Of a DNA stretch of 64,000 nt, positions 1 to 20,700 are shown piece after piece. The position numbers and the translations under genes were made by a program. Below the pieces are notes generated by a model. That model saw nothing but the letters and a program-made list of their open reading frames with translations, was not told the DNA's origin and did not search any database. Each line of letters begins with the position of its first letter. The stretch's first letter is position 1. Origin of the DNA: Antedon mediterranea (taxonomy: Eukaryota; Animalia; Echinodermata); contig NC_092676.1 of the NCBI RefSeq assembly GCF_964355755.1, positions 8,161,888-8,225,887 on the forward strand, in the 5' to 3' direction.

Positions 1-1279
1 TGCGTTACGTCCTTGCGTTGCGTCGCTAGTGGGAACCACGCTTTAGAATAACTTTTCTAAAGCTAGTTTGACAAATATGGTGATATGATGTCATCATGTC
101 CATGGACACATCACATTGTTTGGTCAGTTAAAGTTTGATAGTTTAGACAGAGCTTAAGTTGAAACTCATATCACTTAAAACTTAAAATATCAAATAAATC
201 TATCATGATCTAAAGTAATAATATGTAACCAAACAATCCAAATCGAACGCATTGAAATTGAAATGGTGGAATCATCGTATAACAATAATAATTACAAGCC
301 AAATAGGATAATGGAGTTAATAAATGAAAAGAAACAACTCGACGAATTTGATTTATCTCCTTGATAAATTGAATGATGAATTAAGCTATGTGCATCAAAG
401 TTAAATGGTCAATAATTTGTTTATAGCGGGCAGCAATGTCGTGATTGTAAACAAGAATGTGTAGGACTATCACAATACAATAACATCAAAGAACTTATAA
501 CACAAGAATCTCCTGTTCGTCCGAAGCGCGTAACAATTTCGAAAGGCATTGTGGGATGGAGTAGGGCGCCCGCATCAAATTAGAAAGTCAAAATCATAGA
601 GGGGATCTGCTAATGCTCTAGGGGGGGGGGGGGGATAGAGTAATTGACTGAGGAGTAGGGCGCCCGCATCAAATTAGAAAGTCAAAATCATAGAGAGGAT
701 CTGCTAATACTCTAGGGGGAGGGGGGGGGGTAAAAGTAATTGACTTCCTAGTTTGGAGGGGGAGCTGCTCCATGCTGTGAAATGGCGTCGCCCAGTTTGA
801 CCTTTTAACCCTGTACTTCCGATACTGTGTTTTGAATGCAAATTGAAGAACAGGAGATTCTTGTGTTATAAGTTCTTTGATAACATCCATTGAACGTTTG
901 CATTGCATTGCATACTTTTATTCAAAGGAAATATTTTAGTCCACAGAACACAGTTTTCTAAAGGCATCCATATATTATTAAAAATCGTTCAATCTATATA
1001 AATTATTTATAGGCCTATCGTTAAGATTAATTTACACAGACGAGCGGTAACGGTAATTCAAATATAAAATCTATGTTATTTCTAATGACCATTAACATAG
1101 AACGCGGAGCGGACGGGCGCTTTCCATTTAGGATAGATATTGATTCTATGTGGGACAGCTATGTGGTTTTCCACTTACCTTTACCGTAATTCGTCTGTGT
1201 ACGTTGGCCTTTACTAGCGTTTAGATAACATTAAAAAACAGAAGCCTACCAATATAAGTATTATTAATATGTCTACCAA

Positions 1280-1404
1280 AGCTCTGTCTACATTATCAGA
1301 CAAAAAAAAAGAGATGTGCCACTATGACGTCAATTAGCACTACCATATTTGGGCACGTCACACTTTTTTGGGGGTAAAACTAGTTTGATAGTGTAGACAG
1401 AGCT
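1280..1404. mobile_element. ~125-bp MITE, TIR AGCTCTGTCTACACTATCAAACT, probably PIF/Harbinger-like
   Basis: Terminal inverted repeats with TAA-like flanks. Other copies at about 60-154, 8554-8690, 22090-22226, 26175-26366, 34245-34340, 41583-41707 and 52396-52470. Confidence 0.75.
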
Positions 1405-2039
1405 TAATGACCGTTAAATAAGTTTCACACAATACATAGTGCATATATTTGCGGCTTCGCATTATTGTAGACTGTGCTATTCAAAATATTTTTATAGATT
1501 CTTTGAAATCAAAACAATCTAAATAGGAATTTAGCGTTATCAATTTATCTAGAATTGTTCATTCGTCAACAGAACATAATTAGTTAAGTGATGAGTTCGA
1601 TAACTCGTTCTTGTAAACGTCTCAGGTGGCCAAAGAAATGGTAATTTAGCAATATTAAAACATACGTCATCTGAAAATAATTGTGATCAGATTCGATTAG
1701 CAAAAATTAATAAATGTTTCGACAATTGTTAGGTTCATTTAATTTTGGATGATTGTGAGAGAAATCAGTCGATGATCAGCCACCTGCTTCTATGTTATTT
1801 AATACATAATATACTTGTGTCTAACTGACTTGCGATAGTCAGTTGAGATGTAGGCCTATCTAGTAAGTGACAGCTCTCTTGACATTACACTTGTCAAATT
1901 ATTGACCGTTTAGCACGGCCATCCACTATAGGCCTAATTGTGCACCGCGTTCTATAGACTTGCCCTAAGTCTGTACTTATTGTCTTATTTATGTTAGTTC
2001 ACCAGTCGAAGTTTCGATATACATATAAATACAAGTTTA

Positions 2040-2122
2040 CAAGCTCAATTAGTATACATATGAAACGCCATATGTGCCAAAATATTTATCTTGTTACTAA
2101 TATTAAGTCAAAACTCAGTCTA
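2040..2122. repeat. Dispersed repeat family (aagctca...tatgaaacgccatatgtgccaaaata...taagtcaaaac)
   Basis: Near-identical segments at about 9078-9156, 23020-23103 and 27190-27262. Confidence 0.7.
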
Positions 2123-2413
2123 AGCATTATTCTAATTATTCCAAATGTCTTCCAACGTTTGCCATAATTGTTGCAATGTAAACACATATCAATTTTGATA
2201 CTGAACAATAACAAATTGCTGGATCTTGTATACGAAGACACAAGGTTATCGTACAGTATCATAACTCTTGTATCATGCCATTGTCTCGATTACCCTGTTA
2301 CTTTACTTGAAGCTTCCTCACTGTTTTCTGTTGTTAGGCATGACATCGTACTAGAACGAGGTGCATCACATCACTGTCCTATTTTATCTTGCAGATTTGT
2401 AAACAAATAAATC

Positions 2414-3366
2414 ATGCAGTTAGTTATTCTATGCTTGGCATTATTATGGCCATGTACAGTTCTCACAGACGAAACACCAACAGCACTGAGGAACCCAGGT
2501 AGCGCAATTGATTTGGCAAATTTTGTTACATAAAAATAACTACATTGTATAAAATCTGTCGACAGACTTTCGTAATTGCATTAGATTACTTCGTGAAAAA
2601 GTTTGCAGAAACTTTTCTTCTTAATTCAATGTTAATAAGGTATTGATCGTTATAGTTTGATAACTTTTGCATAGAAGATGTTAGCCTACCTTTATTTTAC
2701 ACTTCCCAAATTAAACCATTTTCTCAATGAATGTATATCACATATTAATCGATAATACGAGTGGAGACATTCAATAAGATGATTAAGAGTTCATCCTGAT
2801 CCATCAGTCTCCTTATAGGCTGTCATTTTTATCGTCAGACGAAGAAAATTACATTATTACAGGTTTCTTTTTTTTTTACAGATTTAGAAAACGATATTTT
2901 TCAACAAGGATTCGACCGTGCGTTATTTTTACACAATTTAAGAGAGAAGCATGTGCTGGCCTATATAATAAAAGCAGCTGCAGAGGATTTACTAGCTAAC
3001 GAGGCTTTACAGATGAAACCATACGAAGGCAATGACTCGCCGTCTGAGTCGAATGTTGCAGTTACTGAAGACGATATGGAATACGAAACGACTAGAAGCA
3101 GTGACGGAACTGATGTGTCAAAACGAGGTAACTGTCCTGGAGATCGATGTCTTCGTATCAAGAAAAAACCAAAACAGACAAGCTCGTGTTCACACAACGC
3201 GTGCTTGCGTATACTACCATTTGGAAAGCGCGCTTTGGGGTCACGTGGTGTGCAATTTAAACGACCTTCCTCAGGCAGCAAAACAAGAAGCACCAGTGGA
3301 GGCGGCGGTGGTGGAAGAACAAATCTGCGTCCATCTTTTCCATTTGGTAAAAAAGATTACGAATAA
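2414..3366 (+). CDS. KISS: Kisspeptin-type neuropeptide precursor (echinoderm KP precursor), 2 coding exons, 189 aa
   Basis: Exons 2414-2498 (MQLVILCLALLWPCTVLTDETPTALRNP, hydrophobic signal peptide; donor AG|GTAGCG) and 2882-3366 (acceptor ttttacag), joined in phase 1. An acidic spacer is followed by KR-GNCPGDRCLRIKKKPKQTSSCSHNACLRILPF-G-KR and KR-PSSGSKTRSTSGGGGGGRTNLRPSFPF-G-KK. A Cys-containing LPF-amide peptide followed by a second Arg/Gly-rich PF-amide peptide is the known layout of starfish and sea cucumber kisspeptin precursors. An acceptor ending at 2394 implies an upstream non-coding exon. Confidence 0.88.
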
Positions 3367-3569
3367 ACGCTGTCTACTTCATATTTTTAGTTGTAAACAC
3401 AAGAAACATTTCACTTTTTAAATGTATATGTCTACGTGATCTTATTTTTTACTGAAGTTTATCAAGATATGCATATCAAAATTAAGATTAGGTTTTACTT
3501 TATTTAAACAGAACACAAGTTTAGGTCACTACACATTGTTATGATATAATTAAAAAAACAGCTATATTA

Positions 3570-3698
3570 AACCTGTTTTCTCACTAGGCGAATTTACTCT
3601 CCAAGATCGAAGGGTTTAATGTGCATGCGTGTTCATGATTCCATCGAAAAAAGAAACAACCATTTGACTATAATATTCGTCTAGTGAAAAACAGGTTT
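3570..3698. mobile_element. Small palindromic MITE downstream of the kisspeptin stop codon
   Basis: aaacctgttttctcactaggcgaatt...aattcgtctagtgaaaaacaggttt inverted termini. Confidence 0.6.
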
Positions 3699-4115
3699 TA
3701 AAGACATTCTGCGCATATCACATTTCTTGTTTTAATAGGCCTAGGCCTAAATGGTTATTGTAGTGCCGTATTTTCTTTTATGAACATTTAATGGGCTCAA
3801 ATGAGTAGGCCTACGTATCACTTGAAATAGAATAGTTTAATGTCTTGATACGGACTAAACTAAAATTGCACTTGTCGATCAATCAACTACGGGGCTGTAT
3901 TATGTCAAGAAACGAGAAAATGCCCTGAAAATATCTAGAATACCTAAATAATAACTGAACGATAGGGCAAACCAATTGCAACTAGATTAGCGAGTAAGTT
4001 TAAATTACATATAAGTCACCATTGAATATACATCTTCAGACGATTTAGTACAAGTTGGCGTTCCATAGACTGAAGTTTACTCCATTCAGAATTGATTATG
4101 TGTTTCATAGATAAT

Positions 4116-4580
4116 AGGGAGGTTTCGCAACCTTACGAATACGATAACGAAAACGGATACGTCACACATTTGTGAAACTTTTCGTAAATCACCAGTCATA
4201 TTCGTAACTACAAAACGAGTATAGTTTTTGATCTATTTTGCACATTTTTCATTTGAATCAGGAATGATTCATGACTATAATATAATTATACCCTTATTGA
4301 AAGTCATTTACTAAAGTAATTTACTAAAATGCCAGGTCAATTTAGATAAATAGCAGTTTTTAAAGTCTTCACTCGCTTTGATGTTACGCTAGGCCTAGGC
4401 AGCAAAGCACCAAGCAACACGTGCACTGCGCTTCGCTCAAATTTACCGCAGTCATATTTTGGACGCGCCTCGATATTTCGTTGCCATGCGAAACAGATTT
4501 TTACTGGCTTACGAAAACGAATACGTGTGCGTGACGTATCCGTTGTCGTTATCGTATTCGTAAGGTTGCGAAACCTCCCT
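4116..4580. mobile_element. MITE with ~35-bp perfect TIRs (TA-flanked)
   Basis: agggaggtttcgcaaccttacgaatacgataacga at 4116; its reverse complement ends at 4580. Confidence 0.8.
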
Positions 4581-5010
4581 ATTGATAGGTTAAAATGATA
4601 TAAATAGAAAGATTAAATGTAAATAATAGTCATTTATGAACATATTATTTTTGTGAAACAAGATTTAAGAATCACCACAACATGTGAATTCTGTTTAATA
4701 ACATTTAAATGAATAAACTATAAATAGCATTATTTAGAATTAATGAACAGTGACATATTGGCAAAAAAAGTGTTTGTTAACTGGAATATATTTGTAATCA
4801 CAATTTAAGCAACATTATTGTAAGATAATTTTAGCGCCAACATTCTGAACATACAAGACTAGAGACAACAGACAAAGAAGCTAAGCAGTATAGGCTACCA
4901 AGTGAAGTAAAAACAAAATACTCAAAACATACAAAAATTCTTGTAGGCCTACTGTAAAAAGGGATTATTTTTTATTTTCCGATAAAACTTGTTAGTATGC
5001 CTCTCGATAA

Positions 5011-5250
5011 TAGTGGAGTTGTGGCTTGGTGGTTATGATGCTTGGCTATCACTCCAATGGTCCTGGGTTCAAGTCCCGTCACATGTCAGGATTTTTCTAA
5101 GGACAAAATTACAACTCCACTCCCAAAGACTTGTAATAAGACTTTGTTTATGTAAAGCATCTTGTGTATATGTTTGTCGTGTGAACCTCTGAGGGTCCCT
5201 AATGATCAGCAATTGCTGGATGGATCAACCTTATTAAATATGATAAACAG
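5011..5250 (+). mobile_element. tRNA-derived SINE
   Basis: A-box-like TGGCTTGGTGG and B-box GGTTCAAGTCCC, followed by a body (caactccactc...agactt) shared with the copy at about 48362-48570. Confidence 0.6.
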
Positions 5251-6380
5251 AAATATATGCGCATTATAGAGCAATATTATCGCATAATAATTGACATTTT
5301 CAAATCACTATAAGCATTTTTTATCCAAAAATTTGAAAAATTTCGACCCTTTTACTTATCTACATAATTAGTTACTATGACATTATAAGGTAATGGTAAC
5401 GCAATAATATGCGCATATATGGCAATATTATCGCATAATAATTGATTTTTAAATATTTTAAAAATAGTTTGTCATTTTTTTCGAAAATATTCCTGTACTA
5501 GTAGGCCTATAGTGGTTTTTACAAATATTTGTTGACATAACTGGTTATTATCTCATACTTCAATACCAAATTTACTATATCATAATTTGACATGCGTAGA
5601 ACACGTTATGTGCGTCTGCGCATGTCAAAATATATATTATTGAGGTAACATACGTAGAACACGTTATGTGCGTCTGCGCATGTTACCTCAATAATATATA
5701 TTTTGAAAAGTCGATATTTTGTCAATTTTCGAAAAAATCCTGTACTGCAGTACAGTGATATTTATGGAAAAATAACAAAATTTCGACCGTTTTATTTTTT
5801 GATATAACTGGTTACAATAATATCATTATCACATAATGTGTTATGCGCATATTATTTCAATAAATATTTAGAAAAGTCGATATTTTTTTAATTTTCGAAA
5901 AAAAACCTGTACTTTAGTACAGGAATTTTTACGGAAAATAACCAAATGTTGACCATTTTTTTCTCTACATAACTGGTTACTCTATCATAATGTGACATGC
6001 AAGAACGCACATAACATGTTCTACGCATTTTACCTCAATATATATTTTTAAGAAGTCGATAATTGTCCATTTTTGGAAAAAAATCCCTTACAGAGATTCT
6101 TACGAAAAATTACAACCCTTATTTTCTTGCTATAACTAGTTACTATATCACAGTTTGACATGCGCAAGCGCACAGAATATGTGCTGCGCATGTTACCTCA
6201 ATACGAACTTTTTAAATTCATTTTTTCCTAAAATTGGCCAATGTCTACACTTTTATTTTTCGACATAACTGGTTACTATATCATAATTTGACATGCGCAG
6301 ACGCACAGCACATGTTCTACGCATGTTAACTTAATATATATTTTGAAATGTCTACCCTTTTATTTTTTCGACTGGTTACG
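5250..6380. repeat. Complex degenerate repeat tract with internal direct repeats and hairpins
   Basis: Recurring motifs gacataactggttactatatcataatttgacatgcg and gcgcatgttacctcaata, plus a local palindrome at about 5625-5705. Confidence 0.6.
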
Positions 6381-7062
6381 GTGAGTCTATAAAGCAGAAG
6401 CATTAACATTTACAACGAAGTAACACAAACAGTAACACAACTTGGTTTTTGCAATAATCTTAAAATAATACAACTTTCTTTAAAATGTACAATTTTACAA
6501 ACATAAACTAAACGAATACCCAATAGTTAATGAATCAAGTTTGTAGAGACTCTATCTTATATTGTAATATAACCAATACATATTCTTTATATATTTATAT
6601 GTACTTATTTAAATATGTATTAAGGAGCAGAGACTTTATACCGTACTATTTTATTTCATAACAAATACGTGTATTAACTAAATCATTTAATCAACTCACA
6701 TAAATAATCAAGATTAGGACTACTTTTATCTCGGCTTATTGTTCAGCTACTTTATCTAATCATAATGTTCTTAGTGCTGTTATTTGCCAGGCACTTCCGG
6801 TAGTTTCCATCTTAGCTGGTTCATTGAGAACAGTTACAGCACTTTTTTTATACTCTATGGAACGCCAGCGGGTATTAAATATTGGAAGTAACTTATGCGT
6901 GTAAAAGTGTGAATATCTAACCTAAATAATTAAACCCATGGATATGCAAATAAGGAACATTAAGTAAGGATTAAGATGGTTTACGCCTTGCAAATTAAAA
7001 ACACAAGAGTGAGGGTGCAACACAGTAGCCGATTCAAATAATAAATTTTTGTTTCGGTTTAA

Positions 7063-7370
7063 AGATGTATTGTCCCTAAAAATATGAAAATGAAGATTAA
7101 TTAAATCAGACTTTAAATAGGTTATTTTGTAGTTTTAATAAAGTTACTTCCGTAGAATAAAAACGAAAAAGAATGTTTTCCCTTATAAAATGACAAAATA
7201 AATTCATTGGCTGGCAGCCAATTTGACTATGCTTTAAATTACGGTTTTTCAGGTAAATCATTTTTTTTAAATCTAATTTTTGGTCCAAGTGAATAACTAT
7301 TATGTGACATTAAAATGGCATATTCAACAACAAAATTTTGATAATTATTTTTTCAGGGGACAATACACCT
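7063..7370. mobile_element. TTAA-flanked ~300-bp non-autonomous DNA transposon (Kolobok-like AG...CT termini)
   Basis: TTAA|AGATGTATTGTCCC...GGGGACAATACACCT|TTAA. Related copies at 19992-20276 and 49398-49698; partial copies at about 16140-16265 and 48010-48345. Confidence 0.7.
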
Positions 7371-7559
7371 TTAAGCCTAATAATGACCATTTAAATATAT
7401 GCTAATCTAAACATTATACAATTGAAAATACAAAATATTTATAATAATTTTATAATAATTAACCATGAAGAAAAAACAATACATTATTTTTTATAATATT
7501 ATAGATGTCTTAAAATAAAAAATATTGCAGTAGTAGACATATTTGTAATGCTGTAAATA

Positions 7560-15947
<8,388 letters not shown>

Positions 15948-16807
15948 TTTCACTATCTAATATGTAAATAAAATAAAATATAATTTATTAAACCCATTAA
16001 TATCACCCGACTCATTGTACTTATCTATATTTCTCCAGTATCATAGGAATATTTGTTCTTCACATGTATCACATAGTATCATATACTATATAAATGAAGT
16101 TGTATTGTCTCACAAAAACATGAAAAACGAACAAGAAGTCATTGGCTAGCAGTCAATTTGACATTTATTTTGGCTTTAAATTACAGTTTTGTATGTAAAA
16201 ATGTATTTGTCCAATTTTTGGTCAAAGTGAATTACTAATATGCAACATTAAAATGGCATATTCAATTTATTTTTTATCAAATATTAACTTACATGTAATT
16301 ATGTAAAAAAAAAATGATATTAAAACATTTTGGAAAGCGGGTGGATATCAGATTCTGTCAATAAATAAATTTAATAATTTGATAAAAAAACAATTCCAAA
16401 AAAAGGTTCATTCATATTGAAAATTAATACTGAATAATTCAGAGACTAAATCACATTATAATTTAATAACAGATCAACTTAATCACAAAAAAGATGATCC
16501 GGAACTAAGGTTTACCTTGAAATACCAGTTTGCATGCAAATTAAATATGATTAGAAAATTGTTATGACATTACGTCCACTCACAAAATCATTTTACTCGT
16601 ACGTTCGTATGTTTATAAACAACAATTTAATTTTACATTTACTCTATAAACCTTTGATCAGCAACTTCCTTTGATATGTTACGTTTAGCTAGATAGAATT
16701 ATTTATTTATGGGGCGTATACAGAAAAACACACACAACAGACTCACCAAAATCATGTAATATATCACAGTATTAAATAGTTTATAAGAGATTATTTGTCA
16801 ATAAAAG

Positions 16808-17105
16808 TTTGCAAGATTTGCTAGTGTAGGTGTAGTTGACACCAGGAATTGGAAAAAGTATCTTGCTAAACCCAGAGTAGAGTTGGTCAAGTTTGCTAGT
16901 GTAGATGTAGTTGACACCACGAATTGGAAAATGTATCTTACCAAACTTGAAGTTTGGTCAAGTTTGCTAAGTGAAGGTGTAGTTAACACCACGAATTAGT
17001 AAATTTATCTTGACAAATCCAGAGTTTTTTCAAGTTTGCTCGCGTAGGTGTAGTTGACACAAAGAATTAGTAAACTTATCTTGCCAAACCCAGAGTTTGG
17101 TCAGG
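16808..17105. repeat. Tandem repeat, ~71-bp unit, about 4 copies
   Basis: caagtttgctagtgtag.tgtagttgacacca.gaatt... recurs at 16812, 16888, 16959 and 17031. Confidence 0.85.
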
Positions 17106-19087
17106 TTAGAGACTTGTTTTATAGTTTGCCCAACTGGTCTACACTCTATAACAAACTTTGAAACTCGGAGTTTGCTAGTGTAGACTAGGCTAATCGGCAG
17201 ATTATAGAAAGAACCAAACACTTTACACCATCATTTAATTATTTGTGCATTTATTCCATTAATTAAGAGATCTGTATTGCAATTATTAAAATCTAGTCTA
17301 CACTAACAGTTGCGGTTTGAAAAAAAAGCAGATTCAATTTGCTGTTACCCGTACTGCTGTTTAATGAAGAATCCTGAAGCACGTGATAAACCGTACAATA
17401 ATCATTAATTATTTATCGTCTGATATAATTATATATACAAGCTTAAACAATAAATATTATTGTATCATGATGATTATAATGTAGGACAGACGATGGAATT
17501 ACTATATGTTCACTCGTTTGAATAGATATTACTGAACCACGGTTTATGTATATTAATACTGCGAAACTGTAATGATTGTATTGACTTGATTAACTATGTT
17601 TCAGAAAATAATTTATATATCAAAAGTAACACAATGAGAAAACACGCTAACACTCGAAACTTCAACAATCGTATAACAGTATACAATTATAATAAATGAT
17701 GATATTTTTGTTTAAACCGCAACATTTAAAGAACCAATTGTAGACAGTTTAAACGTAATCTAAGTTTTTTCTTGTACATTGAACATTCTCCGTACCGCTA
17801 TGTCAATTAACGCTTTTTTCTATTTCAAAAATTTAAGGTTGCTATCAAATAAAATTTATTGCTTATTTACATGATGTGGTAGCGAGTTTAGAGTAACGAA
17901 TTCGAGAGCTAGTCTTCAAAATTACTACATCCAACATTTCTTCTAAGTATTTGTCGTATATCAAGCTCAGACGAGACTAACCGTTTTTTCATCTTACAGA
18001 AAACTAATCTTAAAAGGAATCCGAAAAGAGAACTTAATCTTCTTCGTCATTCTAAATACTGTAGTTGTTTTTTTTTTAAATCTAAATAGCTAAAGTTAAG
18101 TTCTAAACTTTATTGCGCACGTTCCAAATATACAAGGCGCCCACTTACCGATCATTTGTTATGCGTACTACGGCGCATAGCGTAATCATAGATATCGTGT
18201 TTAAGGCCTTGAGCATCAGTTCGTGTTAATATTATACGTAATTATGTCACGCATTATTATATTAGTAGAATACATACAGTTAATGTGTTTGAAAACGGTA
18301 AAATGTTTTGAACCAATATGTTGCCTAAAGTAGTTATAGGAAAGTTGTGTTATTGCAAATATCATTTCGTGAACATATCCTGTCGCAGAATGCACATATT
18401 AAAGTGGGGTTTGTTCTTAAATCTACAATTATACACTCATAGTGTGTTCCAAAATCATTATTTATTTTTTATTTACAATTATTTGCAAAACCGCCAAGTT
18501 GACTGTTATACGTCTGACGGACAGTAATTTTAAGTAATATTTTGCTCACTGGATATAGGCCTAGTCGCTATAACCATTAGCATTAATATTAAAACAATGT
18601 TATGCAACAAAAACGGTATAAAAAGAGTCTATAGTGCCTCTATTGACGGACAAGTCGAGTCCAATCGAGCTTAATAAGCCATTTGTAAAAATAATTAATA
18701 CCGATGGAAAACGAGAAATGAGTGACGTCTGTATACATTAGTATGTGTTTTGACGAAAACATAAATAATTAAAAACTCGAATTTTTTGGAAGTACATTGG
18801 CTGTAATTATACGATGCAAGACATCTGCAAATCTATTGATGGGCGCAAGTAAAAACATTGTTATGATAATAGATATAACATAGGTGTCTTAGTAACACCT
18901 GTAAAGATAACCATTATAAAAATTCAATCAATATAAACCTTTGAATTGTTTCTAGAATTATTATGGCATTGATTAAAACGAATAAGTACTTTCTTAATCA
19001 GTCACATGATTCTAGTACGGCATTATGTCTATCGATCATACACATAATGCTGTATCGTGTCTGCTGACTGCAACAGGACCATACCAT

Positions 19088-19400
19088 AGCACATACATGT
19101 TAATTTAACATAACCTTCTATAAAATAATAATAACTTACTATATGAAAAAGCGAAATGACCGCGCTGGGATTCGAACCAACAACACATACATATTAATCT
19201 AACCTTCTAAATAATAATAGCTTACTATATGAAAAAGCGAAACGACCGCGCTAGGATTCGAACCAACAACACATACATATTAGTCTAACCTTCTAAATAA
19301 TAATAATATCTTACTATCATGAACAAAAATAACAAAAGACCGCGCTGGGATTCGAACCAGGTCTACCGATTGGAAAGTTAAAGCGCTGACTCGTCAACAG
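19088..19400 (-). repeat. Tandemly triplicated tRNA-SINE head fragment
   Basis: gaccgcgctgggattcgaacca (B-box on the minus strand) occurs three times with shared flanks. Confidence 0.6.
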
Positions 19401-19991
19401 GGAAGGTTAGTGTACTAAGTCTGTCATGGTTGCATTTACTTCGTTTCTCGATTCGTTTCCAATTATATTCATTGTCATTTTTATAAGCCTCATGATTAAT
19501 TTATATTGATATTACTTTTATATTGCTCTTGCAAATTTTATATTAAATTTTACAAGCTGATAAAGCTGTACGGTATGCTTTGTTATAGTACTGGACTAAT
19601 ATTACTCTTTTTTTGTAAAATAACGTAATAAGGTAAAAATAAATATTATGGTAAACCGACTAAAAGTGAGAATTCTAAATTGTTGTCAGCGCCGGGGTTA
19701 GTCGACGCAAATATTATTTTTAAATAGAAATTTTAGATATTTCCAATGTAGTTCAATCAATATAGAATACTACGTATACATTTTAGAATACCCACTATCT
19801 AGTCAATCTAGACAAAAACTCATCTTATTTGAGAAGTTAAAAAGTAGCTCCGGGGTGTAAAATGGTTGATTATAAATGTAAATCTTTGCAACAACAGCGG
19901 TAACTTTTTAAAAGTGGTGCTACAGAACTTTTTCTCATGCCACCAAATGTTATAAAGATAGGATATTTACCAACATTATAAGCAAACTTAA

Positions 19992-20276
19992 AGATGTATT
20001 GTCCCCCTGAAAAATTTTTTTTTCTTAATTTGCCTTTTTAATGTCACCAAATAGTTAGTTACTTTGACCAAAAATTGAATCGAAAAAAAGAAGTCAAATT
20101 GGCTGCTAGCCAATGGGTTTTCGATCGGATTCAGCCATTTGTTTTGTCATTTTATAAGTGAAAACATTATTTTTCCCTGTTTTTTATTTATTATTTTGTA
20201 ATTTTAATCAAATTAATCTATTCAAAGTCTGATTTCATTAATCTTTATTTTTCATGTTTTTGGGGACAATACATCT
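19992..20276. mobile_element. Kolobok-like MITE copy
   Basis: TTAA|AGATGTATTGTCCCC...GGGGACAATACATCT; same family as 7063-7370. Confidence 0.7.
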
Positions 20277-20577
20277 TTAGAGACATGAAAAAAGGATATA
20301 TCAAAAGAAAAATCAATATTACAAAAACGGGAAATGCTATTTTTATTACAAATACTGTAGTAGTTACCTATAAAAATAAGTAAATAACTGGTGTTATCAA
20401 ATTTAAACGCAAAGGTAAGACTATACCAGTTTAGAGTTACTGGTTCTAAAAGTTAGGAAGAAATTTATATCAAAATAGCAACAAGTAAAATTGAAGACCG
20501 CGTTACAAGACCGTTAAATAATGTTACTTAACATATAATAATTATAGAAATAATCAAAAAACGGACGTATAACTTAC

Positions 20578-20700
20578 CAATACATGAAATGTCACAAAAC
20601 GCGTCTGCATGCAAATGACGATGTTGCATAAATGAAAGACGAAGTATATTGAAATCCATTAAATATCACCGGTTACATGTACGAGGTGTTAGCTAACAAG
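20578..20700 (-). other. Probable 5' non-coding exon of the minus-strand precursor gene (upstream boundary unknown)
   Basis: Strong donor TTG|GTAAGT with the exon ending at 20578, and a matching acceptor (tattag|ATAGTG) at 15956, 9 nt before the ATG at 15947. Confidence 0.4.

Noticed and set aside
2961-3421. Antisense and alternative-frame ORFs over the kisspeptin exon
   Set aside because: Shadows of the real coding exon, with no independent features.
6760-6925. Minus-strand open frame as a further exon of the candidate precursor
   Set aside because: The exon at 7606-7560 already provides an in-phase stop, and the long frame here needs phase 0; more likely 3' UTR.
20578-20660. Upstream exon as the coding start of the minus-strand precursor (MYC or MDFNIL...)
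   Set aside because: The in-frame ATGs at 15947 and 15932 give a much better signal peptide, so this exon is treated as 5' UTR.
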